Part shown: positions 1 to 9,937 of the stretch, one piece after another
Layout: each line of letters opens with the position of its first letter
Position numbering within the stretch: position 1 is the stretch's first letter
Assembly (NCBI GenBank): GCA_024280015.1
Contig: JAJRQY010000069.1
Location: 800 to 64,799 of the forward strand
Source of the DNA: Actinomycetes bacterium
Lineage (GTDB): Bacteria; Actinomycetota; Acidimicrobiia; Acidimicrobiales; SZUA-35
Length of the DNA: 64,000 bases
Reading direction: 5' to 3'
Translations under genes and position numbers: made by a program
Notes under the pieces: model-generated
Told to the model about the DNA's origin: nothing
Databases searched by the model: none
What the model saw: the letters and a program-made list of their open reading frames with translations, nothing else

Positions 1-588
1 TCGACCACCTTCGGGTGGAAGGTGGGTGCCGACCTCAACGTCACCGAATCCAGCATCCTTCATCTGTTGTGCAATCGTCGCCGGGAACAGTTCGAACGCT
101 GTCACGACCTTGTGGTCAAAGGGGGTGCCGTGGGCCTGTGCCGAACGTGATCCAAAGAATGACACCAAGATCGGAGCTCCCGGTTCCAGCACTCGCATCC
201 ATTCCTCAAAGACACTGGGGAGGCGGCGGGGAAGCAGGTGAATGAGTGAGTATCGAGAGATGATTCCTGCCACCGACGAGTCGGTGAAGTCCGGTGCAGT
301 GAGATCGCCAACATGAAACTGCAAGTCAGGGAACGCTTTGTGAGCTTCAGCTATCTGCCCCGGTGAAAGGTCATAGCCAACTACTTTCAAGCCAAGTTTG
401 CACAGGTGAGCAACCACATGACCAGGCCCACATCCAAGGTCAACGACAACACCATCTTGGAGTGCCGCCAGCTTGGCGAAGGCGGCAACCCATTCCAGGG
501 CGTTGGTGTCCCGGTCGAGATCACCAAGAAACAGGCTTGCGTACAGTTCAGCCATCGCGTCGTAGGAGTCTCGAACCTCGTTATCCAC
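1..588 (-). CDS. Class I SAM-dependent methyltransferase (3' end runs off the window)
   Basis: Hand translation of the minus strand from GTG at 588: MDNEVRDSYDAMAELY...VVVDLGCGPGH...YDLSPGQIAEA...YSLIHL...RVLEPGA (motif I DLGCGPG). Not in the ORF track because it lacks a stop in the window. Confidence 0.85.
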   Translation of the reverse strand, partial: MDNEVRDSYDAMAELYASLFLGDLDRDTNALEWVAAFAKLAALQDGVVVDLGCGPGHVVAHLCKLGLKVVGYDLSPGQIAEAHKAFPDLQFHVGDLTAPDFTDSSVAGIISRYSLIHLLPRRLPSVFEEWMRVLEPGAPILVSFFGSRSAQAHGTPFDHKVVTAFELFPATIAQQMKDAGFGDVEVGTHLPPEGGR

Positions 589-1501
589 GGTTCACGCCGC
601 GACTGTCGCCATCGAGTGCATGACCTAGTAGGTCAATGAACACCTCCAGGTGCTTTGGCATGGACCCATGGCGGGTGGCGCAATACCAGGTCCGTATGTG
701 ACTGTCTCGTCCGATCTGTACCGCGCGAACCCCGCCGGCAGTCAGATAGGGGGTGGCGATCCAAGAAGGCATGACGGCTACCGCGTCAGTGTTGGTAATC
801 GTGTCGATCAAGTCATCGTCGAACACCGACAGCATCGACAGTCGGCCGGGTTCAGCTCCGTCCGGGATTGGCAGTGGGATGGGCTGGTCACGGTCAGGGT
901 CGAAACTATCAAACAACATGAGGTGGATGTCGGAGAAATCCTTGGCCTCTGCGTAGGGTCTTCTCGCCCAAGGGTGCTCGACTCCCACGACGGCAACAAG
1001 TTCGTCATCGAAGACCCGTTCCAGGCGAACGCTGTCAGTCTTGTGGTCCAACTGGGTGATGAGGGCAACATCGATCCGGTGCTCAAGCAAGGCTTCGACG
1101 TGTGAAATGTTTTGGTCAGGCTGGACAATGACGCTGGCAGCTGGGTATTGCCGACGGAATCGGTCCACAACATCAGGCAACCAGTCGTAGTTGGTTAGGC
1201 ATTCGGACCAGAAACGGATCATCTCCCTCTGGTCAAGCTGGAGCTCGCGGACGTCTCGCATGGCATCTCGCAGCTCGTGCAAGGTCACACGAGCTGCTTG
1301 CAGCATCCGCTTACCCGCTGGATTAACGACCAGCCCTCGCCCTACGCGATCAAAGAGCTTGGTACCCAAGCATTTTTCGAGTCTCACTAGCCGTTGGCTG
1401 AGGGCCGGTTGGCTAACGAAAAGATGCTCAGCCGCCGCGGTGAGAGTTCCGTACTGCTCCAAGGCCTCCAGCAACTCAAGATCCCGCAGATCTACATCCA
1501 T
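581..1501 (-). CDS. LysR-family transcriptional regulator
   Basis: N-terminal HTH GTLTAAAEHLFVSQPALSQRLVRLE...LFDR; 306 aa; divergent from the SDR gene. Confidence 0.95.
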   Translation of the reverse strand: MDVDLRDLELLEALEQYGTLTAAAEHLFVSQPALSQRLVRLEKCLGTKLFDRVGRGLVVNPAGKRMLQAARVTLHELRDAMRDVRELQLDQREMIRFWSECLTNYDWLPDVVDRFRRQYPAASVIVQPDQNISHVEALLEHRIDVALITQLDHKTDSVRLERVFDDELVAVVGVEHPWARRPYAEAKDFSDIHLMLFDSFDPDRDQPIPLPIPDGAEPGRLSMLSVFDDDLIDTITNTDAVAVMPSWIATPYLTAGGVRAVQIGRDSHIRTWYCATRHGSMPKHLEVFIDLLGHALDGDSRGVNRG

Positions 1502-1514
1502 TAGTTCAGCTTAT
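1500..1514. promoter_or_regulatory. Probable LysR recognition box (ATTAG-N5-CTTAT) overlapping the LysR start codon
   Basis: Imperfect dyad containing T-N11-A at the usual autoregulatory position of a divergent LysR/target pair. Confidence 0.5.
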
Positions 1515-1599
1515 AGATCACATAAGGACTACGTAGTGGAGTTATGTGAGTTCGACGCTTACTGTGAGTCTTCGCCCGACACATCCCTAGGAGAACGAC

Positions 1600-2283
1600 A
1601 TGAAAAGCGATGAGACTGTGGCGCTGGTTACCGGCGCCAACCGAGGGTTGGGACAATCGATCGTCAAGGCGCTTGCCGAGACAGGCGTGCCGCGCATCTA
1701 TGCCGCGTCTCGCAGTCCGTTCCAGTTGCCAGATTTCGGGTCTACCACATCTGTCCTTCCACTCGAACTCGACATTACTGACGCTTCACAGGTCGCCAGC
1801 GCGACATCACTGGCATCGGACGTGACATTGCTTATCAACAATGCTGGGCTCCTTCCGCGTGGTAGCGCCACGTCGGTATCCGAACAAGACTTGCGCGCTG
1901 CTATTGAGGTCAACCTTATTGGCACATGGAGAATGGCCAGCGCGTTCGCGCCGGTCATTGAGACAAACGGCGGAGGTGCCATCGTCAACATCCTCAGCCT
2001 GATCAGCCTGCACAACGCTCCGCCCTTTGCCGCATACAGTGCAGCGAAACACGCATCATGGGCAATGACTCAATCCTTTCGCGACGACCTAGCTGGCACC
2101 CGGGTTCGCGTTATTGCCTGTTTCCCCGGCGGAATAGATACCGACATGCGGCAAGGTGTCCCGGCGATCAAGGCCACCCCCGACAGTGTCGCTTCCTCGA
2201 TCGTTGAGGGGATCATGCGGGGCGACACAGAGATCTTTCCTGACCATGTATCTGCAATGCAAGGCCCGAGTCTGCTCGGTTGA
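1600..2283 (+). CDS. SDR-family NAD(P)-dependent oxidoreductase
   Basis: TGANRGLG, NNAG and YSAAK motifs; RBS GGAGA. Confidence 0.95.
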   Translation: MKSDETVALVTGANRGLGQSIVKALAETGVPRIYAASRSPFQLPDFGSTTSVLPLELDITDASQVASATSLASDVTLLINNAGLLPRGSATSVSEQDLRAAIEVNLIGTWRMASAFAPVIETNGGGAIVNILSLISLHNAPPFAAYSAAKHASWAMTQSFRDDLAGTRVRVIACFPGGIDTDMRQGVPAIKATPDSVASSIVEGIMRGDTEIFPDHVSAMQGPSLLG

Positions 2284-2337
2284 GTTCCGCCATCGGATGC
2301 TCTTCGGAAAGGTGAAGCCGCCGCCGTTGGTCATGTG

Positions 2338-2400
2338 TGAAGGAATTCCTTGACGTCTTTCCCTCCGCGTGACAAAGTCAAGTATGAAGGAATCTCTTCA
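2338..2400. promoter_or_regulatory. Two 16-bp near-palindromic operators (TGAAGGAATTCCTTGA 2338-2353; TGAAGGAATCTCTTCA 2385-2400) with TTGACG -35
   Basis: Seen directly; one copy overlaps the -35 hexamer and the other overlaps the ATG of the ArsR-like gene. Confidence 0.65.
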
Positions 2401-2995
2401 CAATCGAACCGAACCCGCTCCAGCCAAACCCAGACGAGTCATCAACGACATCGAAGCAGTCCGGGCCATGGCTCACCCACATCGAGTGGCCATCCTGTGC
2501 TACCTACTGTCTGGCACCGATCGCACCGCTACCGAATGCGCGGCGGAGGTTGGCGGAACAGCTTCTGCTTGCAGCTATCACCTTCGCGAACTCGAACGGT
2601 TCGGTCTGGTTGAACGAGCAGAACAAATGGATGATGGACGAGCACGACCGTGGCGCGCCACTGCGGTCGGCTTCTCAATCAGGTCTGGGCCACTGGAAGA
2701 CTCCCCCGCCGGGAAGGCGGCCGATCTGGCCCTGAGTCGAGCAGCCCTGATCGACAACCAGCGGCTAATCAAACGATTCTTCGACCGCAGTGACACCATT
2801 GATCAGGCATGGCGAGCAGCAAGCACCTTCGACACCTTCGAACTTTTGGCGACACCGGTAGAACTGAACGTGCTGACCGAAAGGATCGCTGATCTACTTC
2901 GCCCCTACCGGGCACCCATACGTTCGCATGCTCCCAAAGATGCCGACGCGGTTCGCGTCATCTACCAGGCGTTCCCACGTCTGTCTGCCCAATGA
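2384..2995 (+). CDS. ArsR/SmtB-like winged-helix transcriptional regulator
   Basis: RAMAHPHRVAIL...TATECAAEVGGTASACSYHLRELERFGLVE; ATG at 2384 preferred over GTG at 2369. Confidence 0.9.
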   Translation: MKESLHNRTEPAPAKPRRVINDIEAVRAMAHPHRVAILCYLLSGTDRTATECAAEVGGTASACSYHLRELERFGLVERAEQMDDGRARPWRATAVGFSIRSGPLEDSPAGKAADLALSRAALIDNQRLIKRFFDRSDTIDQAWRAASTFDTFELLATPVELNVLTERIADLLRPYRAPIRSHAPKDADAVRVIYQAFPRLSAQ

Positions 2996-3017
2996 GCCTG
3001 CACCACCCTTCCGACCA

Positions 3018-4238
3018 ATGACGCTGCAGCATGGTCGAACAGAACCGTGGCGTCGACGAGACTTTCGCATTGCCGGGGCCGCGGGCCTCATCAACAACAC
3101 CGGCGCCTGGGTCCTACTGGTTGCCCTTCCGGTCTATGTCTTTGTCGAGACAGGTTCGGGAAGAGCGACGGCACTTCTCTTCGTCGCCCAAGTCGTTGCT
3201 GGCGGGGTCATGGGTCCCATCGGAGGAGCATTGGTCGACCGATGGGACTTGCGACTCTCCCTGATCGCCACCAACCTGGCCCAAGCGGTTGCCATCCTGC
3301 CCCTCCTTGGCGTAACACCCGATCGCATCTGGCCGGCCTATGTCGTGATGGCCCTGCAATCCACGCTTCGACAAATCAACGATCCGGCAAACGTCGCCCT
3401 CCTGCCTCGCGTTGTCGAAGCCGACGAACTAACTGCGGCCAACGCTGCGCTCTCAGGCGGGGAAAGCACCGGACGTTTGTTGGGCGCTCCGCTCGGCGGA
3501 ATCCTCGTGGCCTGGGGCGGACTCAACCCCGTAGTCATTGTCGATGGTCTGAGCTTTTTTCTTGTGGCGTTGGCACTCCTGTTCCTGTCCGCTGACACAA
3601 GCCCCCGATCGACGGGCAAGAAGAACGAGAAGATGGTGCGAGAGGGGATCAAGATCGTTCGGTCACACCCGCCATTGCTCGCCCTACTGTCCATCAATGC
3701 TCTGAGCCAAGTCGCTCAAGGGGGATTTGTCATCCTCTTTGTGGCCTTTGTTGTGGAGACATTGGGCGATGATGGGGTCGGTCTCGGCTTTATCCGAGGG
3801 GCGATGGCGCTCGGAGCGCTCCTGGGGGCGGCCATCATCGCTCGTCTTTCCAACAAGGTGGAATCCACGAGACTTTTCGGTGCTGGACTGCTGGGACTTG
3901 GGGCCACCTCACTCCTGTTCTGGAACGCTCCGGCGCTCACAACCACTCTGTGGGTCTATGTGCTGCTCTTCTCATTGTCCGGGCTTCCGGGCTCCGCTAT
4001 TTCGGTTGGGCTCTTTACAACGTTCCAAGTAACCAGTCCACCCCATGCCCTAGGCCGGGTTGCCGGAATCGGGTATGCCGCAGGAGCCATCGGTGTAGCA
4101 ACGGGATCGATCCTGACCAGCTTGCTGATCGATTCGGTGAGCCTCCGCGTCTTGGTCAATATGGAGGCATTCATCCATCTCGCCGCTGGTTTTCTGGCGC
4201 TGTTCTTCGTTCGGTCCCCCGACGGGTCCTCACCCTAG
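3018..4238 (+). CDS. MFS transporter
   Basis: About 12 hydrophobic segments, motif A GALVDRWDLR; start placed at ATG 3018. Confidence 0.9.
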   Translation: MTLQHGRTEPWRRRDFRIAGAAGLINNTGAWVLLVALPVYVFVETGSGRATALLFVAQVVAGGVMGPIGGALVDRWDLRLSLIATNLAQAVAILPLLGVTPDRIWPAYVVMALQSTLRQINDPANVALLPRVVEADELTAANAALSGGESTGRLLGAPLGGILVAWGGLNPVVIVDGLSFFLVALALLFLSADTSPRSTGKKNEKMVREGIKIVRSHPPLLALLSINALSQVAQGGFVILFVAFVVETLGDDGVGLGFIRGAMALGALLGAAIIARLSNKVESTRLFGAGLLGLGATSLLFWNAPALTTTLWVYVLLFSLSGLPGSAISVGLFTTFQVTSPPHALGRVAGIGYAAGAIGVATGSILTSLLIDSVSLRVLVNMEAFIHLAAGFLALFFVRSPDGSSP

Positions 4239-4262
4239 GTGCCAGCGTTAGGGGTACGAGGT

Positions 4263-4865
4263 CTAGGGGGACCGCGACTCGGTCACAAAGCGTGCAACCG
4301 CTGCTGCATCTTTCAGTCCATCGCCGGACTCGACACCTGAAGCAACATCGACCCCCCAGGGCCGAACCTGGCGCACGGCCGCAGCCACATTGTCAGGCCG
4401 CAACCCGCCAGCAAGCAGGATCTTGTGTCTCTCAACGAGATCGCCAACGAGCCCCCAATCAAACGGGACACCACCTCCCGGCGTAGCGGCATCGATCATC
4501 ACAATGTCAGCCCCGAACTCACCCATCAGTTGGACCTCAGAACTACCGGCTGTGAACACCTTGATTACCGTCGATACCCCGGCAGCCACTTCAGCTATTA
4601 CCTCCGGGGATTCCTGCCCATGTAACTGGGCCGCATCAAGACCGAGCCTTCCAGTGATCTCGAGAACCTCGGAGGCACCGTGGTTTCGAAATACACCGAC
4701 CGTCATCACGCCGTCAGGGACCACAGCCAGGACCGCCTTTGCAGCTTTGAGGTCAACGAAGCGGCGTGAGGAAGCAACAAAGTTGAGTCCGATCGCGTCG
4801 GCGTTCGCCTCCACCGCGGACGCGGCGTCTGCCGGTCGCGTAATTCCACAAATCTTGACGAACAC
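4263..4865 (-). CDS. trpF: Phosphoribosylanthranilate isomerase
   Basis: VKICGIT, QLHG.E, LAGGLRPDNV and GVDVASGVES motifs. Confidence 0.95.
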   Translation of the reverse strand: MFVKICGITRPADAASAVEANADAIGLNFVASSRRFVDLKAAKAVLAVVPDGVMTVGVFRNHGASEVLEITGRLGLDAAQLHGQESPEVIAEVAAGVSTVIKVFTAGSSEVQLMGEFGADIVMIDAATPGGGVPFDWGLVGDLVERHKILLAGGLRPDNVAAAVRQVRPWGVDVASGVESGDGLKDAAAVARFVTESRSP

Positions 4866-4981
4866 GGTGTCAACCTACCGACATCATTCCGGGTCGGTCA
4901 CCGAAGCAATCGATGCGGTGAGGGAAGTTCATCTGCGCCTAGCACGACTGACGCGGCGCCGACGAAGTGGCTTCGAGCCAC

Positions 4982-5359
4982 TTAATCACCGAAACCGTCA
5001 TCCGATCTCAGTGCGCACGGGTTGCCGTCAGGATCGCAGAACTCAGCGGTAGTTCCCCAATGGTGACGGACTATCACGAGGTCAACACCCTTGTCTCGAA
5101 GCTCTTCACAGGCAGCTTCGACGTCAAGAACGTTGAAACGGAGCTTGCTGGGACAGACTTCGACCGGTTTTACGTCCGCGTGAGCGGCTCCTCCCATTTC
5201 GACCATCAAGTAAGTGCCGCCAAGTGAAAATGTCGTGAGGTGTTCGCCATCACGATCTATCTCGTGCAAGATCTCCAACTCCAAGACCTGGCCATAGAAG
5301 TGCACGCATTCCTCGTAATTCTCCGTGAAGAGAATAAGCCCTGCGTTCGTGAATTTCAT
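4982..5359 (-). CDS. VOC/glyoxalase-family protein
   Basis: FYGQVLELE...HHWGTTAEFCDPDGN. Confidence 0.85.
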   Translation of the reverse strand: MKFTNAGLILFTENYEECVHFYGQVLELEILHEIDRDGEHLTTFSLGGTYLMVEMGGAAHADVKPVEVCPSKLRFNVLDVEAACEELRDKGVDLVIVRHHWGTTAEFCDPDGNPCALRSDDGFGD

Positions 5360-5540
5360 TTGCTGCCTAGTCTTGGTTGACGGTCCTCAAACTCGTCTGA
5401 GCAAGAAGCAACAGACTATCTCGAGGAGCCTTGAGGCCGAGGATCTCGACACACCAAAGGCTTCAAAGACGCTGTGTAGTGGAGTGACGGGCGCGATGAT
5501 GCCGGCCACTCGACCAGCCGGAACCAGAAGCGTTGGAGAC

Positions 5541-6026
5541 TCACGACGAGATGGCGAAGGTCGAGCAAAGCAAGTCTGTATCAAAGTCCGGCCCGGAGCA
5601 GATCCGATACCACCCCTCGCCCAACTTGGGGAACCCAACACTGTCCGGGCCTACGCCCATCACGCCGATTGATCCGATGGCAAGACCGTTGTCCGGATTC
5701 GCCCAAACCTCCCAGGCAATGGGTTGGTTGCCAAGCAACCATCCCGGGGACCACGCCGTGCCATCCCAGAAATCAAGCCGGTAGGCCACACTGCGGCTTT
5801 CTGACAAGGTGCTGCCAGCTGGAATCAGGACCTCAATACTTCCACTTAACGGGTCGCCGACCATCGTGAATGCATCCTGAGGGACTGGCGCATCAACGGT
5901 GTCTGGGGCGGCAGCGGTCGGCCCTTGTGATCTGAAGGAACAGGCACTGAGCATGAGAGCGAAGACTGTCGCCGCCAGGATGCTGACTGTTGTGCTCCTG
6001 GGCGGCTTACTCACTACGTGAGTCAC
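5541..6026 (-). CDS. Hypothetical lipoprotein
   Basis: Signal peptide with lipobox LSAC; exact start uncertain. Confidence 0.6.
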   Translation of the reverse strand: MTHVVSKPPRSTTVSILAATVFALMLSACSFRSQGPTAAAPDTVDAPVPQDAFTMVGDPLSGSIEVLIPAGSTLSESRSVAYRLDFWDGTAWSPGWLLGNQPIAWEVWANPDNGLAIGSIGVMGVGPDSVGFPKLGEGWYRICSGPDFDTDLLCSTFAISS

Positions 6027-6349
6027 TCCGGGTGCCTACCTGCGGTCGCCAAAAGCACAGAGCCGCTCTACTCGGTCATCGGCTCCACCGACATAGCGCA
6101 CCAAGACTCCCAGCACGGCCTCGACATCCAAGGATCCGGCACTCCACATCTCTTCGAGGTTAGCCCAGTGGTATCCGATCAGATACCGCTGGTCAATGAC
6201 AGGCCGCCGTGCAAAGTTGCCGTACCAAATTGGATGACTGATTTCCGCCAGCCAACAAGACCGGTTCACCATATTGTCCGTCGCACGGGCACGACTATCT
6301 CACAGGCACTGAACATCTTCAGTTTCAAGCCAGATTTGGAAGACTTGAC

Positions 6350-7306
6350 ATGGCGAACTACCACGATTTCCGCTTCGGTGTTCTGGCTGAGGACATGAGC
6401 ACACGAGAGGCTTGGGTTTCTCAAGCACAACGAGCCGAAGCACTGGGTTACTCCACCCTGTTGATTCGCGACCACTTCATCCCGGCCTTTGAAGGATCAA
6501 CGTTTGGACCAGTTGCAGCGCTTGCAGTTGCGGCAGAGGTGACCAAAACACTTCATGTCGGCACACTCGTGATCGACAACGACTTTCGTCATCCGGCCGT
6601 CCTCGCAAAAGAGGTTGCAACGCTGCACCTGCTCTCACAAGGACGCTTCGAACTCGGTCTGGGCGCAGGATGGCTCGAAGTGGAGTATCAGCATTTGGGC
6701 ATTCGCTATGACGCTCATGGCGTCCGCATCGGTCGCTTGGAGGAGGCACTCATCCTGTTCAAACAACTCCTTACCCAGGAACGCGTGACATTCACCGGTG
6801 ACTACTACCAGGTCGATGGCCTCAGGCCCTTTCCACGCCCGGAGGTGAGTCGCCCGCGAATACTGGTAGGCGCAGGCAAGAAACGAATGTGTCGACTAGC
6901 TGGTCGCGAAGCAGACATTGTCGGGCTTATGACCGTCGATACTTCTACGGGAGTCTTGATTGCTGACCCATCAGAGCTCCTGGCATCTGCTGTTGAAGAA
7001 CGAGTGACCTGGGTTCGTGAAGGAGCTGGGTCACGTTCTGAGGACATCGAGTTGAGCTCAACAATGTCTGTGCACTTGACTGATGATCGAGCCGCCTACG
7101 CAGGTCAACAGATCTTGAGTCGAGGCTGGCAAGACGTCACTGTTGATGATGTGCTGGCAATGCCCTCCCAATTCATCGGCACCATCGATCAAATCATCCA
7201 ACAGATGAAGCTTCGGAGGGAGAGGTACGGGTTCTCCTACTACATCGTTCCCGACAAGTCGATGGAGCTGTGTGCCCCGATCATCAGTGCTCTAGCGGGA
7301 CACTGA
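6350..7306 (+). CDS. LLM-class probable F420-dependent oxidoreductase
   Basis: AEALGYSTLLIRDH, FRHPAVLAKEVATL, GRFELGLGAGW. Confidence 0.9.
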   Translation: MANYHDFRFGVLAEDMSTREAWVSQAQRAEALGYSTLLIRDHFIPAFEGSTFGPVAALAVAAEVTKTLHVGTLVIDNDFRHPAVLAKEVATLHLLSQGRFELGLGAGWLEVEYQHLGIRYDAHGVRIGRLEEALILFKQLLTQERVTFTGDYYQVDGLRPFPRPEVSRPRILVGAGKKRMCRLAGREADIVGLMTVDTSTGVLIADPSELLASAVEERVTWVREGAGSRSEDIELSSTMSVHLTDDRAAYAGQQILSRGWQDVTVDDVLAMPSQFIGTIDQIIQQMKLRRERYGFSYYIVPDKSMELCAPIISALAGH

Positions 7307-7308
7307 CC

Positions 7309-7980
7309 ATGACTAGCAACGATGACCCAACGCGTGTCGGCTCCATGCAGCAGTCCGAGGTAACCGCAAGCAACCACAAGACAATCGACCCTTCTATTCT
7401 CTACCTCGGCACCCCGGTCGTATTGGTGAGCACTCGCAACGAAGATGGATCAGCCAACCTTGCTCCGATCTCATCAGCCTGGTGGCTCGACAAGACAGGC
7501 GTGATCGGCATGGGTTCACGTTCGCACACCGTCGCCAATCTCTGGCGCGAAGGGGAATGTGTCTTGAATCTGCCAACAGCAGATCTTGTTGCTGCGGTCG
7601 ACCGGCTCGCCCTAACGACCGGCAGCAACCCGGTGGATCCCTACAAGTCGGCAATCGGGGTTCGCTACGTTCCCGACAAATTCGGTGAAGCAGGTCTCAC
7701 CGAAACAGCTTCGGAGATCGTTTCCCCTCCCCGTGTCTCTGAGTGCCATGTCCAACTCGAAGGCAAGGTCCGGAGCATCAACGAGGTTGGGCCTCCAGAG
7801 GATTACTCACTCGCTATTGAGGTCGAAATCGTCCGCACCCACGTCCACACCTCGATCCTCTCTGCCGGGCATCGACATCACATCGATCCTGACAAGTGGC
7901 GGCCCTTGATCATGAGCTTTCTTGAGTTCTACGCCCTGGGGTCAAAGGTCCACCCTTCCCGACTTGCCGAGGTCTTCTGA
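7309..7980 (+). CDS. Flavin reductase family protein
   Basis: LYLGTPVVLVST.NEDG..NLAPISSAWW; PPRVSECHVQLE. Confidence 0.88.
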   Translation: MTSNDDPTRVGSMQQSEVTASNHKTIDPSILYLGTPVVLVSTRNEDGSANLAPISSAWWLDKTGVIGMGSRSHTVANLWREGECVLNLPTADLVAAVDRLALTTGSNPVDPYKSAIGVRYVPDKFGEAGLTETASEIVSPPRVSECHVQLEGKVRSINEVGPPEDYSLAIEVEIVRTHVHTSILSAGHRHHIDPDKWRPLIMSFLEFYALGSKVHPSRLAEVF

Positions 7981-8094
7981 AGGCTTCGCCCCATTGCGCC
8001 TAGCTGCCGGGGACGAGGAGGAACAACTGCAAGGCTCCCGCAATCAGGATCGCCAGGAGCAGGATGACCATGATGGCCACGGTTCGGGCTCTCA

Positions 8095-9018
8095 TTACTG
8101 TCCACCTTCCAACAGCTCGGGATTGACAGGTGGGATCGTTGTTGGTTTGGTTTGGATGCTCACTGGGGATGGCGCCCCCTGCGGACCATCGGCTTCTCGA
8201 AGGGTGAGTTGTGATCCTTCTTGAGCGGCAAGTTCCATGGCAGCTGAACCTTGGTCGACGGCGAGGGCGACAAGCCCATAGGAGTCAATGATGACACCGA
8301 CCGAGCCGGTTCCAATATCGGCAAAGCTGACGACTCGCTTTGCCGTCCTCGTAGCTCGTCCTCCTTCTACCTGGATGAACTCACCCCAAACCTCAATGTC
8401 TTCCGGGTCGACATTGAGTTGCAGGTTTCCGAACCGATCAACCCACAACACCTCTGCGGTGATTGAGCCGTCATCGGCAACCTGGCTGACCGGCAGAATC
8501 CCCGGGACCAGTCCGGCGGGGTCCATCTGGGTTCCAAGTTCGGCAAAGGGCACCCCACTACACAGGTGGGCGGCGACAGGGGCGAAGACGTCTCGTCCAT
8601 CAAAGGTCGGACCGGGAGCAGCCAGGTGGTAGTCGGTATTGTCCAGAATCACCGCACCGGTCGCTCCTCCAACCAGTGACACGGCGGGAGCGAACAAGCC
8701 ATTGTCGGGACCGATCAGATAGGCCGCGCCGTCGGCAACCTCGATGGCGACCGCCTTGCGGTTGGTGGCTACTCCAGGATCAACCACACCCAAGACGACT
8801 CCGGGTGCCATGTATTGCACGGCCCGGGCTAGAGCGAGGCCGCCGGCACGGATGTCATGAGGCTCAATGTCGTGACTGATGTCGATGACGGCGATGTCGG
8901 GCGCGATGGTGCGAATCACCGACTTGACCACCCCAACAAATTCGTCCTTCAACCCATAGTCGGTGAGAAAGGAGATGGTCGAAAGCTTCGGCTTCATGGC
9001 AAGATCAGGCTTCGTCAT
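8095..9018 (-). CDS. SAM hydroxide adenosyltransferase / chlorinase-fluorinase family (DUF62)
   Basis: TDYG, VVDPGV, GPDNGL, TFxGRD and VDRFGN motifs. Confidence 0.9.
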   Translation of the reverse strand: MTKPDLAMKPKLSTISFLTDYGLKDEFVGVVKSVIRTIAPDIAVIDISHDIEPHDIRAGGLALARAVQYMAPGVVLGVVDPGVATNRKAVAIEVADGAAYLIGPDNGLFAPAVSLVGGATGAVILDNTDYHLAAPGPTFDGRDVFAPVAAHLCSGVPFAELGTQMDPAGLVPGILPVSQVADDGSITAEVLWVDRFGNLQLNVDPEDIEVWGEFIQVEGGRATRTAKRVVSFADIGTGSVGVIIDSYGLVALAVDQGSAAMELAAQEGSQLTLREADGPQGAPSPVSIQTKPTTIPPVNPELLEGGQ

Positions 9019-9809
9019 GAATTGGTGACTGCTCCAAGTTCACGAGACCGACTGGCGGCCGCCACCACCGCATCGATGAGTGCTCCTCTGACTCCTTGCT
9101 GCTCAAGCACCCGCAGTCCGGCCGCCGTTGTCCCCGCTGGGGTCGTCACTCCCGCCCGCAAAGCTCCCGGCTCTTCTCCGGTTTGTTGCAACATGGCCGC
9201 TGCTCCGGCCATGGTTTGATGAGCCAACGTCTTGGCGATCGGTCGAGGCAAGCCCGCAGTAACGCCAGCATCGGTGAGGGCCTCAGCAATCAGGAAGAAG
9301 TAGGCCGGGCCCGATCCGGACAGTCCAGTAACCGCATCCAGCTGGGGTTCGGTGACAAGTACCGCCTCACCGACTGCGGACAAGAACGACAGCGCCCATT
9401 CCAGGTCAGCTTCGCCGGTTGAGCTGCCGCCAGCGGCGGCCGAAGCACCAACCCCGACCAGTGAGGGCGTGTTAGGCATGATCCGGACAACGGGCGTGCT
9501 GGCCGGAACAACAGCCTCAATACTGCCAATGGTAATTCCTGCGGCAACCGAGGCAACCCGCGTCGGAGCTTCAAGCGCAGCGGCCGCAGCCAGAAGGTGA
9601 TGAGGTTTGGTGGCCAGCACGGTGTCAACCCCAGCTTGGGGCGAGTCAAGGACCACTAGTCCGGGAAAGAGTTCGCCCAGGGCTTGTCGTTGTTTTGGGT
9701 CGAGGTCAACAACGGCCAGATCTTCGGGTTGAGCCCAGCCCGAGGCAATCATGCCCCCTAGGAGAGCTTGTCCCATCTTGCCGCCGCCAACCATTTGCAG
9801 CTTTGTCAT
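9015..9809 (-). CDS. proC: Pyrroline-5-carboxylate reductase
   Basis: GGGKMG, RIMPNTP, LSGSGPAY, VTTPAGTT; start at ATG 9809. Confidence 0.95.
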   Translation of the reverse strand: MTKLQMVGGGKMGQALLGGMIASGWAQPEDLAVVDLDPKQRQALGELFPGLVVLDSPQAGVDTVLATKPHHLLAAAAALEAPTRVASVAAGITIGSIEAVVPASTPVVRIMPNTPSLVGVGASAAAGGSSTGEADLEWALSFLSAVGEAVLVTEPQLDAVTGLSGSGPAYFFLIAEALTDAGVTAGLPRPIAKTLAHQTMAGAAAMLQQTGEEPGALRAGVTTPAGTTAAGLRVLEQQGVRGALIDAVVAAASRSRELGAVTNS

Positions 9810-9937
9810 GGTCACCAAGCTACAGCTGCAAGGGTCAATTGGAGCGGAGTCGCTAGGGCTTCCCCGACCCCTGTGCAACACCGCTCCAACCAACGATGTT
9901 GACAACTCTAGGTCGCCATAAACGTATTCCAACGTTG

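Noticed and set aside
6036-6272. 78-aa minus-strand ORF
   Set aside because: No recognisable motif or RBS; it may be a fragment but cannot be supported.
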